Shown here: positions 60,362-64,000 of the stretch, piece by piece
Numbering within the stretch: position 1 is the stretch's first letter
How the letters are laid out: each line of letters begins with the position of its first letter
Origin: Deltaproteobacteria bacterium
GTDB lineage: Bacteria; Myxococcota_A; Polyangia; Fen-1088
Length of the DNA: 64,000 bases
Reading direction: 5' to 3'
NCBI GenBank assembly: GCA_033763315.1
Contig: JANRKS010000007.1
Span: 128,001 to 192,000, forward strand
Notes under the pieces: generated by a model
What the model was told of the DNA's origin: nothing
Database searches by the model: none
What the model saw: the letters and a program-made list of their open reading frames with translations, nothing else
Made by a program: the position numbers and the translations under genes

Positions 60362-60560
60362 GTGCTCCGCCACAACGTAAGCGAACAAATAGATCTGCGA
60401 GAGGTGTTGGCGAATGCCCTTCACACCAATGAACTTCTGCGCCTGTTTGCGGTTGTTCTCTTAGGGCTAGCGATTGGGCGATTTTCTGTGCGCGGCGTGC
60501 GCTTGGGTGTCGCGAGTGTGGGTGCGCTCGTCACCGTGGTTTGCTCGGGGTGGTATTGGG
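60362..60560 (+). pseudogene. N-terminal fragment of an AspT/YidE-type transporter
   Basis: NELLRLFAVVLLGLAIGRFSVRGVRLGVA resembles the first helices of YidE/AspT proteins, then degenerates. Confidence 0.5.
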
Positions 60561-61095
60561 ATTGGCGCCGAAGTCGTTTGTGCGAAGGCTCGCACATGGC
60601 CCTGCGGCAAGCCTGCATCCTCCGTTCACTGCCTGTGCCCGTACTGCGCCAAAGCGCGCGCGGGGCTAAGCGCGTGAGCCCAGCCGGGCGATAGCAGCAG
60701 AAGCGCTACCCATGCGTGCGTGATCAACGCCGGCGCTCATGCCGCAGTTTATCGCAGGGAAGGTGCAGGGGCGTAAGGTGTTGGCGGACGGGGGCACAGC
60801 AAACGCAAAGCGCACGCCGTTGCCTTCGCGCTTCCATTGGTGAGCCTACAGTCCCGCGCACTGTATTGTGGTCGGGTTTCCTGCTGTTTTTGGTGGCTTA
60901 TGATCTTGGACGGAAAGAGCATGTATGCGTGGCTGCTGGCATTCATGCCCAGAAACCATCGCGACAAGATGGCAACCACCGTCGATGAGGTTTCTGCTTA
61001 TCGGCCCGCTGAATCCAACCGTTGCCGCCACAGACGATTGTGGACCTTGCCATTGGACGTTGTGACGACGCGACGAACTGAGGTAGGCTGCGGGC

Positions 61096-62022
61096 ATGCG
61101 GGCAAGAACTCTGGTGTTTTTCTGGCCGTTGCTCCTGGCCTTGGCTTGCGAGAATGAGGGTGACCGACGACGTCCAGCCGTGGACGCGAGCGGCGCTGAC
61201 GAAGGCGGCGTGAGGCTCGACGGCTCCAACCCTTTTGTGGGTGGTGACGCGCAAGGCGCTGCTGCAGACGTAGCGCCCGGGGCCGGAGGCGCCGCCGTGG
61301 GCTCTAGTGGCGGCAGTGGCGGGGCCGGTGGTCGCGATCCCAATCTTCTCGGTGTCCGCATCGTGCACGCATCCACGAAGTACATCAACGACGCTCTCGA
61401 TTTTTGCGTTCAGATGGGCAATGGCGAACCCATCGGTCCGTACTTGGAGCAGGCAGGCGTGATCGGCGGAGTACCCTTTGGCAGCGTGAGTGCTGTCCGT
61501 TACGTACCTCGAGGCGCCAACCTCGTCATGCGCGCCGTACGTGCCAGCGGTACCGATTGCACCGGACCCTTGGGCTATCCTAGCCTGACTGGCCTTGGCA
61601 CCTATGACGAAGTTGATGTGGTGTTGTTGCTGAGCGACGCGGTGATCTCGAAAGGCCTTCAAGCCTTTCCAGCGGCTACGGCAAGCAAGGATACGCTTGC
61701 CTTCTACGACCTCCTGAACGACGTTGGCGCCGCGCCGAACCGCACGGCTTCGTTTGTACCAAGCGCAGGGCCAGCTGTTCCGTTTGTATACGGAATGCCC
61801 ATCACTGCTCTTGATGCGGCACAAAGCGGCCGAGTGGTGGTGACGTCGCCCGTATTGAGCCAACCTATCGAGCGTACCTACAAGCCCGCAAGCAATGGGC
61901 GCACGCTTATAATGCTCCTGGGGGCAACAAACGATGCGGCCGGCTGGAAGTTGGTTGTATGCGATTATGACGCTCCGGCCGTCGGCGGTGTTCTCAATTG
62001 CAGTGAAACGGTTCGTCGCTGA
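61096..62022 (+). CDS. Hypothetical lipoprotein (beta-sandwich, DUF4397-like)
   Basis: Lipobox ALAC, Gly linker, VRIVHAS...LDFC motif. Confidence 0.72.
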   Translation: MRARTLVFFWPLLLALACENEGDRRRPAVDASGADEGGVRLDGSNPFVGGDAQGAAADVAPGAGGAAVGSSGGSGGAGGRDPNLLGVRIVHASTKYINDALDFCVQMGNGEPIGPYLEQAGVIGGVPFGSVSAVRYVPRGANLVMRAVRASGTDCTGPLGYPSLTGLGTYDEVDVVLLLSDAVISKGLQAFPAATASKDTLAFYDLLNDVGAAPNRTASFVPSAGPAVPFVYGMPITALDAAQSGRVVVTSPVLSQPIERTYKPASNGRTLIMLLGATNDAAGWKLVVCDYDAPAVGGVLNCSETVRR

Positions 62023-62523
62023 TCGGTCCATCAGCAGGTCGTGACACAGTCGGTGGCTACTCCGCGAGCTGCCTCATGTTAAGCGCGCCGGGCGGCAGGG
62101 GGTCGTTTAACGCCGCTTGAGTTTCGGTTCAGCACAAACGTAGGAACACTAAACCCAAAAACCGGTGTGGTCACCGACATGGGCCAAGCCGTGGCCACGC
62201 GAGGCCACCGAAGCCGGCAGCGACGAAGCCATCGACACCGCCCTGAGCGAAAGCAGGTGGATATCAGTGCTCTCGGAACGGCCGACAAACCCTGCGGCAC
62301 CCGCATCGGCTCGCACGCTTGTGAAGCTTCCAAGCGTTCCAACCTAAATCCGATTTCCCTCGAGATTGTGCGACAGGACGACCGGAGCTCCGTCAGGGAC
62401 GGTGACACACATGGAAATGGCAGCCACACAAGCGGAGCGGCCACCTGCTCAAGCCACAGGCAGTTCGCAACGACGCCGCTCTTGCGTCTGACGTGGACCG
62501 GATCGTGAAGAAGGAGGAGAACT

Positions 62524-64000
62524 GTGAAGATTGAACCAATCATGCGAAAGAGTCGGTCGACTCGTTCGAGTTTGGCGACCACCCTGTGCGCAGCAACAAT
62601 GCTTACGGCCGCATGCCAGGGGCTCGAAGAGCCTGGCTACGAGGTAGCCTCCACCCAGGCGGTCACCTTCAGCGGACAGGACGAGCCGCTGCTCCCGACG
62701 GAGGGATTCGCGGCCTTCATCGATTGGCGGATGCAAGACACGTTCGTCGATTGGGACGGCGATGGACTGCCTGATCTCACGCGAGACTGGAACGGGGACG
62801 GCGTCATGGAAGAGTCGCCCCATCCCTCGCTGTTGACCGCCCGCGAGTGGACGGTCTGGCTGGACGGTTGCAAATCCGCTTCGACCACGGGGTACGTCAC
62901 CAGTTACCAATGGACGATCGAACTCCCCTCGGGGACCAAGGTGGTCAACAGCAAGCTTTGCGACACCGCAGTATCCTTGCCGGAAGGCCAATTCAAAACG
63001 ACGCTCGTATTGACGAACCAGCGAGGCGAGACCACGAGCACGTCTCGTTCTATCAAAGTCAGAAACTACCTGATTGTCGCCATGGGCGATTCTGTGTCGT
63101 CGGGCGAGGGCAACCCGGATCGACCGATCAGGCTCTTGCGCGGCCAAGATGGGTCACACAAGAACGCGCCTCCTAAATGGGCGGATCGGCAGTGCCACCG
63201 TTCCTCGTGGGCGGGCGCGGCGCAGGCAGCCGCGATGCTCGAGAGATCAGATCCGCGCAGCAGCGTTACGTTCCTTGGTCTTGGCTGCTCTGGGGCGAGC
63301 ATCTACGAGGGACTTATCGGCGAGTATGCAGGGCAAGAGAGGGTGTCGTCCTATCAAGAACACTGTGATCACCGGGGTGCCCACTGTACCACGACTCCGG
63401 TTTACTTCCCGTCGAAGCGGTCCCAGATTCGCGCGGCCGCGGCGACCGTCTGCGGCCCCGCCGGATGCTTGAATGCTCCGCGAAGGATTGATGCGGTGCT
63501 GTTGAATGTGGGCGCGAACGATGTTGCCTTTGGTGACGTCGTCAGGGAGTGCGCTGTGCCGTACGACACGTGGCCTCTTGGCAAAGACTGCGACAGGAAC
63601 GACGACCTCAAAGCGAAGGTCTCTCGTGGGCTGAGCCTTCTGCCGGATAGCTACCGGCAGCTCGATGTCACGATCCGATCGATGCTGAACCCGCGCGCAA
63701 TCCTGATCGCTGAGTACTTCGACCCGACCCAGACCACAAACGGCAACTGCCAGTCAATGGTGTTCAACGACGCTGTCGAGATCACGTACGACCGAACCGT
63801 CGATCCGATTCTGCCGTACACATTCGTGTGGCCAAACGTTACGGCCGCCGCGACGGCATTGAAGTGGATCACGAATCAAGATGACGGTCGCATCGATTTC
63901 AATGAAATCGCATGGGCGCGCGACAACGTCGTCAAGCCGCTGAACGACGTCATTCGAAACGCAGCTTCTGCCAACGGCTGGACTCACGTGGGAGGCATCG
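62524..64000 (+). CDS. SGNH/GDSL hydrolase lipoprotein with PKD-like domain (partial; not in ORF track)
   Basis: AGGAGGAG RBS then GTG at 62524; lipobox TAAC; IVAMGDSVSSGEG, CHRS, GCSGA, VGAND motifs; open to the right edge. Confidence 0.88.
   Translation, partial: MKIEPIMRKSRSTRSSLATTLCAATMLTAACQGLEEPGYEVASTQAVTFSGQDEPLLPTEGFAAFIDWRMQDTFVDWDGDGLPDLTRDWNGDGVMEESPHPSLLTAREWTVWLDGCKSASTTGYVTSYQWTIELPSGTKVVNSKLCDTAVSLPEGQFKTTLVLTNQRGETTSTSRSIKVRNYLIVAMGDSVSSGEGNPDRPIRLLRGQDGSHKNAPPKWADRQCHRSSWAGAAQAAAMLERSDPRSSVTFLGLGCSGASIYEGLIGEYAGQERVSSYQEHCDHRGAHCTTTPVYFPSKRSQIRAAAATVCGPAGCLNAPRRIDAVLLNVGANDVAFGDVVRECAVPYDTWPLGKDCDRNDDLKAKVSRGLSLLPDSYRQLDVTIRSMLNPRAILIAEYFDPTQTTNGNCQSMVFNDAVEITYDRTVDPILPYTFVWPNVTAAATALKWITNQDDGRIDFNEIAWARDNVVKPLNDVIRNAASANGWTHVGGI

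Overview
GC-rich bacterial window. The many Gly-linker and Cys-rich lipoproteins suggest Myxococcota (inference). Housekeeping blocks: a gamma-glutamylation catabolic operon (2.0-6.7 kb); a GT39/ArnT-like glycosyltransferase, RlmI-like methyltransferase, RluA-family synthase, MFS transporter, catalase HPII, UbiD-family decarboxylase, glgB, GH57, TetR/SDR, metallophosphoesterase, NUDIX hydrolase and a double-length UvrA (19-46.7 kb). Two accessory regions flank these. Region 1 (6.7-17.4 kb) has a DUF488 + 'VKTYP' two-gene candidate defence module, a decayed IS91/ISCR-like element, a three-gene T6SS-like adaptor/effector/immunity cassette and a Cys-rich surface lipoprotein. Region 2 (46.7-64 kb) has a second IS91-like relic, two FG-GAP/VCBS repeat proteins, an IS66 relic, a DUF692 (MNIO) operon and several secreted hydrolase-like lipoproteins. 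The best candidate for a new system is the MNIO operon: I see no short precursor peptide, and it is led by a Tat-exported ~345-aa protein with a C-terminal GCG...ACGMGH motif that may be the substrate. I found no rRNA, tRNA or CRISPR array. All family calls come from motif recognition by eye; no searches were run.
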